A stretch of 64,000 bases of DNA from the human T2T-CHM13v2.0 reference genome, Homo sapiens. The notes beneath the pieces are model-generated. The model made no database searches. It was not told the DNA's origin and was given only the letters and a program-made list of their open reading frames with translations. Positions within the stretch are counted from its first letter, which is position 1, and each line of letters begins with the position of its first letter. Both the position numbers and the translations under genes were made by a program. The DNA lies in assembly GCF_009914755.1 (NCBI RefSeq), contig NC_060943.1, one strand, 5' to 3'. Shown one piece after another: positions 43,401 through 57,756 of this stretch.

Positions 43401-45703
43401 TGCTCACTTCTACTTATGCAGTTATTTAAATTTTCACTTAGCTGAATGAATACAATATCCATAAGAATAAAATTGTTTTAGTCAACGAAAAATTAAGTCC
43501 TTCTTTCACTCCTGGACCCAATCTTATTCCTGGGAGCATTACCAGTGCTCTGCTCTCCTTCCACAGCAAATCTTTGCTTATGGAAACATATAGATCTATA
43601 ATTTCACTTGTTTTTAAGAAAATCCCAGTATACATTGCTCTACACATTACACCTTAAAAACTGATTTGATTTGTTGTCAAAGAATATACCTTGAGGATCC
43701 CGTCTACTAATGGTGCTTCCTCAGTTTTTAAAGATTGCATAATATTGCATTAGAAGGATTACCCAAAATTACTGAACTTGACTGTTTTGATGGGACTTGA
43801 GGTTATTTCCAATATTTTGCTCTCACAAATGGTGCTGTATTAAGACTTCTAGTAATTTATTTTGTCATTATCCACCTCCCTTACTTATACTGAAAGATAA
43901 TTACAAAGAAAAAAATAACTGGTTCAAAAATGTGTGTATTTTAAATTTAACAAATTGACACCTAGAAGGTTACTTTATAGCCTCAGTAATAAAGAATATG
44001 TCCCAATGTTCTGGCCCTTTCTAATGGATAGGCCAAAAGATTCACATTTTATTCAGATTCAAGTGAGGGATCTCTTTCTATGCTTAGAAGCTGTTCAAAA
44101 TGATAGTCTATGTTTTGCAACACTTGTCCAATTGGGCCTCTCCAACAACACTTGAGTTTTATTCTTGGCCACCATCAGCCCGAATCTAGGCAACTCCAAA
44201 GGGAAAGTAGGCCATCAGCAGTGAATGGCAGTCATAGTTCACGGAAATGAAAGATATACATTCAATGAACATGGTCTAGCGTTAACCCTGTGTGAACCCC
44301 TCTGCAAGATGCAGGATTCAAGTTCATGAAACAGTCACTAGCCATGGGGATTTTCCAAGCTAGAGGGGAGGCTGAGCAAGCACGGACCATGTGACACAGA
44401 GTGGTAGAGCCTTGCTGGAAGAATGATATGAAACATTAGAAAGAAAGTAAGCAACTCTCTAAAATAAGCACAAATGTTAACATGTAAATAGAAGTGTGTG
44501 TCTTGGGTTCAGTTATATAGCTAGTAGTTTTCTCAGGGGATGTTGTAGGTAGTAGGACAGAGTGGAGAGGAGGCTGAAAGCTTGTTTGGTGGCATACTGT
44601 CTTTCTGATGCATTTTCCCTCTTTTAGGTAATAATAAATGGCCAACACTGTTACATCTTTGCCCATCTACTTCAACCATATTCTGTGAAGATAATGCAAG
44701 TGTGGAGAGATGTCTCCCTGACCTCAATGTCTGTCTGCAATTGAGGGAGATGACCACATCCCTCACTGTTGAGGAATGCTGCTTTTTTAAATTATATTTT
44801 AAGTTTTAGGGAACATGTGCACAACATGCAGGTTTGTTATATGTGTACACATGTGCCATGTTGGTGTGCTGCACCCATTAACTCATCATTTAACATTAGA
44901 TATATCTCCTAATGCTATCCCTCCCCACTCCCCCCACCCCACAACATGCCCTGGTGTGTGATGTTCCCCTTCCTGTGTCCATGTGTTCTCATTGTTCAAT
45001 TCCCACCTATGAGTGAGAACATGCAGTGTTTGGTTTTTTGTCCTTGTGATAGTTTGCTGAGAATGATGGTTTCCAGCTTCATCCATGTCCCTACAAAGGA
45101 CATGAATTCATCAGTTTTTATGGCTGCATAGTATTCCATGCTGTATATGTGCCACATTTTCTTAATCCAGTCTATCATTGTTGGACATTTGGCTTGGTTC
45201 CAAGTCTTTGCTATTGTGAATAGTGCCTCAATAAACATACGTGTGCATGTGTCTTTATAGCAGCATGATTTATAATCCTTTGGGTATATACCCAGTAATG
45301 GGATGGTTGGGTCAAATGGTATTTCTAGTTCTAGATCCCTGAGGAATCGCCACACTGACTTCCACAATGGTTGAACTAGTTTACAGTCCCACCAACAGTG
45401 TAAAAGTGTTCCTATTTCTCCACATCCTCTCCAGGAGACCTGTTGTCTCCTGGCTTTTTAATGATTGCCATTCTAACTGGTATAAGATGGTATCTCATTG
45501 TGGTTTTGATTTGCATTTCTCTGGTGGCCAGTGATGATGATAATTTTTTCACGTGTCTTTTGGCTGCATAAATATCTTCTTTTGAGAAGCGTCTGTTCAT
45601 ATCCTTCGCCATGGAATCCCTCTTTCTATGTGACCACAGAATCCCCAGAGCCTACTGACAGCATGGTCTCTCCTCACCCTTTCCCCTGCACTTGGTCATT
45701 AAA
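40453..45703 (+). pseudogene. Galectin pseudogene copy C, complete four-exon structure: ex1 40453-40467, ex2 42372-42448, ex3 42952-43158, ex4 44628-44744, ATTAAA 45698-45703
   Basis: MSPLP | VPHTRPVSLSIGSCMTIRGTSIIPF | exon 3 with TGA at codon 55 (43022-43024) and a 4-nt deletion (207 nt) | VIINGQHCYIFAHLLQPYSVKIMQVWRDVSLTSMSVCN*; TTTAAA at 40377-40382; exon 2 acceptor changed AG>AA. Confidence 0.92.
44783..45612 (-). mobile_element. 5'-truncated L1PA inserted in the 3'UTR of copy C
   Basis: ORF 44996..45367 is the ORF2 C-terminus; galectin 3'UTR resumes at GGAATCCCTCTTT; diverged TSD GGAATGCTGCTTT/GGAATCCCTCTTT. Confidence 0.92.
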
Positions 45704-47218
45704 ACATCACCACACTTCCCAGGATTTGGTTCTTGCTTTAATGGGGAAAGAGGAAGTCATCATCCTCAAGAAGGCCCAAGGAACTTTATGGGAGGCATCC
45801 AGAAACCAAAGTGGATAAACCTTCTTGTGACTCCGGGAGTGACAAGGTCCTTAGAATGTCTTAGAAGTCATTATGTACGGCATCTTTCTACAGCACATTG
45901 TTGACATCAGAGACTCTGAGACAAATACCTTACCCAATCTTAGATGACTCACTGCACTGAAATGTTAGGTAGCTGTTTAAAGCCTCACAGGTGTACCTCG
46001 AGGCTTTGGGGAGAAATTTTGTAACTTGAGGACAATCTGGTGGAATTTTCTAATTATTTCCATTGTTCTCAGGATATTTATTGTGTAATCACGGTGCCTG
46101 GCTTTGTACAGGCTACCATGCAGAAACTTTAGAAACAGACACACTTCCCACATGAAAACTTCAATCCAAGCAATAGTTAGAGAATCACAAGAGTCCCAAG
46201 ATTTCCCTTAAAGAACCCCAATTGTTGATGTTTAAAAATAATAGCGAGATTTTTCTGATGTAAGTGGCAGAATCCTTGAATTTCTATTTAAAAATAAATG
46301 GTTATGGTTTTAGATCAGAAAATATGTAGTTTATTGTTGGGATGAACACAATTCATACATATGGACACAGTGAGCAGACCTTGCTTTGTTGCTGTTTCAC
46401 TAGGCATTGCAGCACAGCAAACCTCCCAACACATGTTGGCTTAGAGCAATCTTTTCTTCTGATCTTGCTCAGTTAACTGGACTCATGTGGGTGGTAGATC
46501 ATGTAGTGAAAGTGACGTTTTCTGAAGGATATTTCAGGCTGTGATTCCAGAGGATGCTTCACTCATGTCTGACTCAACACTAGGGCTGGGCGAACACCTG
46601 GGGCTGGCTGGTTATTTCCTTTCCTACCTCACCTCCAAATTCATGCCTTGAATTCCCTCAAATCATGAGAGTCTCCTGTTTCTTGGACTGAATGATGATA
46701 GGCTTCCACCAAAGCAAGCCTCCCAAAAGGCTCAGGAAGAAGGTGCAAGGTATCATAGGACCTAGCTTTGAAAGGCAGACAGTGTCACTTCTATGACATT
46801 ATATTGATCAAAGTGAGCCATACACACAGCCCAAATCAAAGGAAGGGAACTTCATAAGCTGTGGTTATTGTGACATGTGGTCATGAAGGAGCATCCTTGG
46901 CAATTATTTCCACTCGGTCCTCACTGGCTTACAAGCTTCTCATATATCAAGGATACCAATCCTGTAAGGAACCACTGAAGGCAACATGTTTACAGGAACA
47001 GGCTCAGATTGAAGTCTAGTATTTTATCATCCAATCAGGATCTGGTGTCCATGAGGTGACTACAAATTATCAGGTGCACTTTCAACATATGCACTAAAGA
47101 AATATATTATCTGCCCTATAAAATTAAACATACAAGACTAAAACAGATATAGGAAAATGCAGTGAACACACTTATTTTAGAGGGGCAAAAGATAATAAAC
47201 AACAAAACTGAAAGCAAG

Positions 47219-47389
47219 GTGGGTCACCAATAGCTCTACTGGAGCCACCCACAAAAATTCAGCCAGGGTTCTCACTCTTATTGCATCTGCTCAAACCAGC
47301 ATGACCTATTCCGAAAATGTTGTCTTGATATGTGCCGCTTCTGTTTCCATAAGTGCTTAAAGGATATAGATTTCATTAGGTTAGACTAA
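47219..47389 (+). pseudogene. RPS29 processed pseudogene (start codon GTG, TAG at codon 5); 3'UTR and A-rich tail to ~47512
   Basis: Intronless 171-nt match to RPS29 ([56 protein letters not shown]): [55 protein letters not shown]. Confidence 0.9.
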
Positions 47390-48894
47390 GTGATCTTCCT
47401 TCAATTTATAAGCAAGACATCCACTCAGTGAAAGAAACCATGCTAGCTCTTTGTACATGAAAAAAAAAATTAAAACAAAGAAACCAATTCAAAAAAAAAA
47501 AAAGACAAAAAAGGCAGCCATCACTGGTCCATATCATTGCTGAAACCAACAAGACCCCCATTTGCATCTTCTCTGAAAATGTTTCTCTGCCACAGTTGTC
47601 TCCACCTTCTACTGTCAGTGTCTTAGAGCTCCCACAAAGATGGCACAATGAAAACCCTTTTCCTGCTACAAGAGCTGTTGTCACCTATTTCATGACACAA
47701 ATAGAGAACCATTTAGGAGAAGATAAACAACATATTACCTAAAAGCCAAACAATGCAGATTGAAGAGGGTCTCAACAAATAGCCTCTTTGTCTGCAGGGC
47801 CCATCTAAGGCATCATTTTGATCATCCTCATTCTCCGTTCTCATGTTCCTTGCCACAGTTTGTTCAACTCCAACCTTACTCATGGGTATGCCTCCCGTTT
47901 TGCCCTCCTTTAACCTAACATCCAGATACCTTTAGGTGTCAATGCACAGTAAATAACACTCTCATGCCTCTCTTTCTTGTTTCTTTCCTGTATGAACTGA
48001 AATTCCCTTCATTCTCACTGGGGAGTCTCAGGTTCTTGTTAGACACATTCTCCTCCTTATATCTTCCCTCTCACAGTTTTGTTCACTTCTCTGTTTTGAT
48101 GATGGATCACAGGCCCCCTCATCAGCATGGAAATCATTTTTTGGGGAATTAGACAATTCTTGCTCTCAGTGGATAAAGACAATCTTGGAACCCATGACTT
48201 TCTGATCAGAACACGAGTTTGATTTCATATCTACATGCCCCTGGTTGATGCCCATTGTATTTGAATAGCTTACAGGGTCCTACATGCTGTCCCTGCCAGG
48301 CAAACACACAGTGACTGCCTTTTCTTGACTGATATTCACCAGCTCAGTTCAGTTCATATAAGCCTTTTGTTACACTTATCTTTATACCAGCTGCTGCCCT
48401 GTGCTCTTGGTGGCCAAGAGAGATGTCTGAGATGAAAAGAGAAGGCATAGAGTCCAGGAATCAATGTTCAACAAACGATTTTTGATTTGCCTCTGGGGAC
48501 CTACTCAACATATTTTTCATACAGATAAACCGGAATTCATGGTCTTCTCCCAGCAAACACAGCATTGCTCAGAACACAGCATTTCTGGACTCTAAAGCCT
48601 TGCCTTCTGAAAGGTCTGTAGGGCTTTTCAGTTTTTGATGAAAGCCCCCAAAGAATAAATCTACTCTGCTAATGTTGTCCTTGATGCCCAAGTCCCCTAA
48701 AGCTGTTTCCTCTAAGGTGCTGTCCGTGGTACTGGGCACTGGTGCTTCTGGGCCTGTATTTGCAAGTGAGGGGCCAATAAGACAGAATTAACATAAATTT
48801 TTTGTTTTGTTTTGTATTTGATAAATCACAGCTCAAAATATGTATAATGAATGGAGCAGGAATTGAATTTGGATCTTCAGACCCCAATTTCTGC

Positions 48895-51815
48895 AGTGCC
48901 CTCTCTCACCCCTCCTATTCAACATAGTTTTGGAAGTCCTGGCCAGAGCAATCAGGCAAGAGAAAGAAAGAAAGGGCATCCAAACAGGAAGAGAGGTCAA
49001 ACCATCCTTGTTTGTAGACATGATTTCCTATCTAGAAAACCTCATAGTCTCCACCCAAATGATCCTCAAGCTGGTAAACAACTTTAGCAAACTTTCAGGA
49101 TACAAAACCAATGTGCAAAAATCACTAGAACTCCTATATGCCAACAACACGTAAGCATATGGCCAAATCAGAAGTTCAATTCCATTCACAATTGCCATAA
49201 AAAATAAAATACCTAGGAATAATAAACTACAACCTGAAAGTAAAATGGGTCACCAATAGCTCTACTGGAGCCACCCACAAAAATTTAGCCAGGGTTCTCA
49301 CTCTTGTTACATCTGCTTAAACCAGCATGACCTTATCCAAAAATATTGACTCGATGTGTGCCACTTCTGTTTCCATAAGTACTTAAAGGATATAGGTTTC
49401 ATTAGGTTAGGCTAAGTGATCTGCCTTCAATTTATAAGCAAGACATCCACTCAATGAAAGAAACAGTCAATGAAAGAAATCCACTCAATGAGAGAAAGCT
49501 AACCAGTGGGTGAAAGATCGTTACAAGGATAATTTCAAAACACTGCCTAAAAAAACATAGATGACCCAAACCAATGGAAAAACACTCCATGCTCATGAAT
49601 AGCAAGAATCATTATCATTAAAACAGCCATGCTGCCCAAAGAAATATACATATTCAATGCTATTCCTATTGAACTACCAATGACATTTCTCACAGAATTA
49701 GAAAAAAAAAAACTATTTTAAAATGCACATGGAACCAAGAATGAGTTGATTAAAAAAGACAATTCTAAACAAAAAGAACAAAGCTAGAAGCATCACTTTA
49801 CCCAACTTAAAAGTATACTACAGGGCCACAGTAACTGAACAGTATGGTACTGGTACAAAAACAGACACATAGACAAGTGGGACAGAATAGAGAGCCCAGA
49901 AATAAGGTCACACACCTACAACCATCTGATCTTTAACAAAGCTGACCAAACAAGCACTGGAAAATGAACTTTCTCTTCAAGAAATGGTTTTGGGATAACT
50001 GGTAGCCATATGCAGATGATTGAAACTGAATCCCTTCCTTGCATTATGTAGAAAAAATCAATTCAAGAGGGGTTTTAAGACTTAAATGTAAAACCCAAAA
50101 CTATAAAAACCCTGGAAGTCTACCTAGGCAATATCATTCTAAATGTAGGAATGGGGAAAAGTTTCATAACAAAGATGCCAAAAGCAATCACAAGAAAAGC
50201 AAAAATTGACAAATGGATCTATTTAAACTAAAGAGCTTCTGCACAGCAACGGAAACTATCAACAGAGTCAACAGACAACCTACAGAATTGGAGAAAATAT
50301 TTGCAAATTATGTATCTGAAAAAGGTCTTATATCTAGCATCTATAAGGAATTGTAATTACTTTACAAGAAAAGAACAAACAACTGCATAAAAAAGTGGGC
50401 AAAGGGGCCGGGCGTGGTGGCTCACGCCTGTAATCCCAGCGCTTTATGAGGTGGAGGAGAGCGGATCACGAGGTCAGGAGATTGAGACCATTCCGGCTAA
50501 CATGGTGAAACCCTTCTCTACTGAAAATACAAAAAATTAGCCGGGTGTGGTGGCACGCACCTGTAGTCCCAGCTACTCGACAGGCTGAGGAAGGAGAATC
50601 TCTTGAACCCGAAGGCAGTTGTTGCAGTGAGCCGAGATCGCGCCACTACACTCCAGCCTGGGCGACAGAGCGAGACTCGATCTCAAAATAAAAGTAGGCA
50701 AAGGGCTGAATGCGGTGGCTCATGCTTGTAATTTCAGCACTTTAAGTGGCTGAGGCAGGTGCATCGCTTGAGCCCAGGAGAGACCAGCCTGGACAACATG
50801 GTGAAACCCTATCTCTACAAAATTAGAAAAATTAGGCAAATGTTACTCCATGCACCAGTAATCCCAGCTACTCAGAAGGCTGAACTGGGAGGATCACCTG
50901 AGCCCAGGCACAAATTGCAGTGAGCCGAGATTGCTCCGCTGCACTTCAGCCTGGGTGTCAGAGTGAGACCCTGTCTCAAAGAAAAGTAGACAAAGGACAG
51001 GAACAGACACTTCTCAAAAGAAGACATACATGTGGCCAAAAAGCATATGAAAAGAAGCTCAACATCCCTGAATGTTAGAAAAATGCAAATCAAAACCACA
51101 ATGAAATACCATCTCTCACCAATCAGAATGGCTACTCTTCAAAAGTCAAAAAATAACAGATGCTAGCAAGCTTGTAAAGAAAAGGGAACACTTACACATT
51201 GTTGGTGGTATTAGTTTAACCATGGTGGAAAGCAATGTGATGATTCTTCAAACAGCTAAAATAGAACTACCATTTAACCCATGTATCCCATCACTGGGTA
51301 TATACCGAGAAGAATATAAATCATTCTACCATAAAAACATGTGCATGTGAATGTTTATTACCACAGTATTCACAATGGCAAAAACATGGAATCAACCTCA
51401 ATGCCCATGGAGGACAGACTGGATAGAGAAAATGTGGTACATATACACCATAGTATTCTATGCAGCCTCAAAAAAGAATGAGATTATGTCTTTTGCAGAA
51501 ACATGGATGGAGCTGTAGACCATTTTCCTTAGCAAACAAATGTGGAAACAAAAAATGAAATGCTGCATGTTCTCACTTAGAAGTGTGAGCTAAATGATGA
51601 GGCTCATGGACACCAAGAGGGGAACAACACGCACCGGGGCCTACTTGAGAGTGGAGGGTGAAAGATGGGACAGGAGCTGAAAAAATGACTATTGGGTTCT
51701 AGGCTTAGCAACTGGATGATTAAATGATCTGTACCACAAACGCCCATGACACGAGTTTTCCTGCACATGTACCCCTGAATGTAAAATAAAAGTTTAAAAA
51801 ACAAAGAAAAAAATA
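48895..51815 (+). mobile_element. 5'-truncated L1 (L1PREC2/old L1PA-like) upstream of the copy D promoter, containing an RPS29 copy and two Alus (50406-50690, 50703-50985)
   Basis: ORF2 RT to 3'UTR with A tail; same breakpoints as the L1 upstream of LGALS13. Confidence 0.88.
49245..49415 (+). pseudogene. RPS29 pseudogene copy inserted inside an L1, without a poly-A tail
   Basis: ATG GGT CAC CAA TAG CTC TAC TGG ... TTA GGC TAA; shares the codon-5 TAG and other derived changes with the 47219 copy. Confidence 0.88.
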
Positions 51816-52519
51816 ATCTCATCTTTCTTCTGGAATCTGCAGCACAACCAGTATCCCTGAAACTTTGATTTACATGGACACCAAGAGAAAGGAGAGGGTA
51901 TAGCTAGAGCCCAGATGTGTGACAGACAGATGAGAGCAGCCCTCACCTGGTAGAGCCAATGGGCCTAGGGTGGGGCAGGTTCATGCCAGGACTTTCTCTA
52001 CCTCTCTCCCAGATCATCCTGAGGATCAAGATCAGTGCTGTCCCAGAATGTTTAAAGGCAGAAAGAATGATTACCTTCTAGAGCCAACGACTTTACCAAG
52101 AATCCTCACCTTAAAAAAATTTATTTTTGTACAAATTGAGAAAATGTATATCTTCCGGGTAGATTCTCTCCGGTGTAGAAAAGGTTTGAGGGGCACAAAG
52201 GCTGTGCTTTAAAATCATTCTTCCTTGCTCCCTCATCATTATGCTTGCATTTCCCTGGTAACCCAATCCACAGCCTAGTACCTCTCCCAGTATAATTTCG
52301 CTGCATTACAGACACAGGCCTGCAAACAGCTATGGTTTTAACTGAGTTTCTTCCTGACAGCTGAGCCTTTCTCACCCTGCAAGGGAAGCTTGCTGAGAGG
52401 AAATTGGAATCAGGAATGAAAGCAGAGGGCATGGTTTACAGGGACCATTTAAATGCTGCAACTCAAAGATTCACACAGAAGCCCGGACACAATTCCGAAG
52501 TTGCCCAGAGGAAGCAAAA

Positions 52520-54239
<1,720 letters not shown>

Positions 54240-54654
54240 AGTTCGGCAAATTTTCCAGGATTTGGTAGTCATCCCGACAGGCGCTGAAAGATTACATGGG
54301 AAGCATTAAGACATCAAAGAGTAAAAACCTTCCTATGACTCAAGGAGTGAGTAACACGGTCCCTGGAATGTCTGAGAAATTAAAAACGGCATCCTTCTAT
54401 AGCACATAGTTGACATCAAGCACTCAACTAAAACCCTTACTCAATCTCAGATGACTCATTGCAAATGTTGGGTAGCTGTTTACAGCCACACAGGTATAAC
54501 TGGTAGTTTTAAGAAGAAACTGTAACATTAGGACAATCAGGTGGAATATCATAATTCTACCCGTTGTTCCAAGGATGCTTACTGTATATGAACACTGTGC
54601 CTCACTCTGTGCAGACTGCCATGAGGGAACTTTAGAAACAGATGACAAATTCCT

Positions 54655-54957
<303 letters not shown>

Positions 54958-56060
54958 TTACCCACATAAAAATTTTGCTCCAAGCAGTAGTTAGAGAATC
55001 ACAAAAGTTTAATGATTTCTTTCAATGATCCTGATTATTCTTGTTTCTAAATACTTGAAATATTTTTTCAATTTATGTGGACAGAATTCTGGGATTTCTC
55101 TTTGGAAACAAGTGGTCATGGTTTTCAGATCAGAAAATATGTAGTTTATTGTTGTAATAGACACAATTCATACTACACACAGGCACAGTGAGGAGACTCT
55201 GCTTTGCTGCTGTTACATTTAGACATTGCAGCACAGCAAGCCTTCCAACACATATTAGCTGAAAGCAACCATTTATTCTGATCTCTCCCAGCTTTGCAGG
55301 TTTACTGGACTTATGAGGTTGGTAGATCATGTGCTGGGAGTCACATTTTCCAAAGAATCTGTGGTCTGGGATTCCAGGGGATGCTTCACTCATGTCTGAC
55401 TCAACACTAGGGCTGAGTAAACACCTGGGGGCTGGCTGGTTATCTCCTTCTTTGTCTAAACTCTCCATTAGTGCCTTGAATTTCCTCAAATCATGAGAGT
55501 CTCATAGTTCTTGGACTTAATGGATGGTGATTGGCTTCCACCAACTAAAGCCTTCTGAAAGGCTCAAGGAGAAGGTGTAGGGCATTAGAGTACATAGCTT
55601 TGAAAGGCAGACATTGTCACTTCTATGACATTATATTGATCAAGTTGAGTCATGCAGGCAGCCCAAATCAAAGAGGAATCCACAAGCTTTGGTTATTTTG
55701 ACTTGTAGATCCTGAGAGGTCATCCTTGGCAACTATTTCCACGCAGTTCCACACTTATATGTGTAAGTGTGTATATAGGCTTACACACTTCCCACATACT
55801 AAAAACTCTAACCCTGTAAGGAACTACTGAAAGCAATACAATTACAGGAGGCAGCTCAGATTGAAGTCCAGCATCTTATCATCCAATTACTCTCAGATGT
55901 CCATGAGGAGACTACAAACTGTCAGGTGCACTTTCTCTCAAAATATGCACCAAAGGGATACATATTTGCCCTATACAAATCAATCACACAAGACTGAAAC
56001 AGACAAAGGAAAATGCAGTTAACACAACTATTTTAGAGGGGCAAAAGATAATAAATGGCA

Positions 56061-56370
56061 CCTTTTGCCTCATAGCACTCTGAGAAGCAAGAGGGGTCAC
56101 AAGCAGCTCTACTAGAGCCACTTATGAAAATTCAGCCTGGGTTCTCACTCTTGTCGCATCTGCTCAAACCAGCATAGTCTGTTCCGGAAATACTACCTCA
56201 ATGTGTGCCCCCAGTGTTTCCATAAGTACTTTAAAAACATACATTTCATTAAGTTGGACTAAGAGGTCTTCTTTGAATGGATAACCAAGGCATCCACACA
56301 ACGAAAGAAACCGTGTTAGCTCTTTGTACATAAATTTAAAATTCAAACAAACAAACAAACAAGTACAGAA
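56061..56370 (+). pseudogene. RPS29 processed pseudogene with 5'-TOP-like leader (CCTTTTGCCT), CDS remnant 56092-56262 and A-rich tail
   Basis: ...GGT CAC AAG CAG CTC TAC TAG ... TTC ATT AAG TTG GAC TAA; flanked by imperfect TSD-like AAAAGATAATA / AAAAGAAAATA. Confidence 0.9.
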
Positions 56371-57756
56371 AAGAAAATAGACCACAGTCACGGTCCATAT
56401 CACTGAGGAAACCAACAAGATCTCTTTTTTCATTTTCTCTGGGAACGTTTCCCTGCAGCAATTGGCTTCATCCTCCATTCTTAGCTTCTTGGAACTCCTA
56501 CCAAGATGGCAGAATGACAGTCCTTTTTCCACTACAAGAGTTTTGATTATCTACTTCATAGTGCATATAGAGAACCATTTAGGAGAAGATAAACAACATA
56601 TTTCCTAAAAGTCAACGAAGGATGATTGAAGAGAGTCTCATCAAATAGCCTTTTTTCTGCTGGGCCAATCTCAGGCATCATTTTGATCATCGTCATCCTC
56701 TCTCCCCAGGTTCATTGCCACAGCTTGTTCAACTCCAACCTTACTCATGGGTATGCCTTTCTCTGTACTGCTTCTTTAACCTAACATCTGGATACCTTGA
56801 GGTATCAATGCACAGTGAATTATGCTCTTCATGCCTTTCTTCCTTGTTTCTTTCCAGTATAAAATGAAATTTCCTCCCCTCTCATTGGAAACTCTCAGGT
56901 TCTGATTAGGTACACTCTCCTCCTTACACCATCCCTGTCACAGTCCTGGTCAATTCTGTATTTTGATAGTGGATTATAGGCTCCATCACCAGCATGGAAT
57001 TCATTTGTTGGGGATTTAGGCAATTCTTTCTCTGAGAGGATGAAGACTATCCTGGAATCTATGACTTCCTGAGCAGAACATGAGTTTGATTTCATATCTG
57101 CTTGCCTCTGGATGACACCCATTTTATTTGAGTGGCCTACAGAGTCCTACATGCTGGCCTTGCAACACACACAGTGACTCCCATTTCTTGGCTGACATTC
57201 ACCAGCTCATTTCTGTTCACATGGGCCATTTGTTACACTCATTTTTATCTCAGGTAATACGTTTTGCTCATGGTGGCCAGGATGACATCTCAGACACAAA
57301 GAGATGACATAGAATTCAGGAGCCAATGTTTAACAAAGAATTTTTGAATTGCCTCTGGGGACCTACTCAACATCATTTTCATACTCCTCAACCAAAATTC
57401 CCTATCTTCTCCCAGCAAATACGGCATGCTCAAAACACAGAAAGTCGTACTTGGACTCTAAAGCTTTCATTCTCAAAGGTATTTAGGCTTTTTAGTTTTT
57501 GTTGAAGCCTCCCAAGGAATAAATCTATTTGGTGATAATATTGTCCTTGTCCCTCAAAGCTGTTTCACTTGTGGTGCTGTCCGTGGTGCTGAGCATTGGT
57601 GCATTAGGCCCTGTATTTGAAAGTGAGGAGCCAATACGACAGAGTAAGAGAGGAATTTTGTTTTGTTTTCTTTTGTATTTGCTAGACCATAGACAAAACC
57701 TCCATGATGACTAAAACAGAAATTCAACTTGGATTTTCAAACCACAATTTCTTCAG

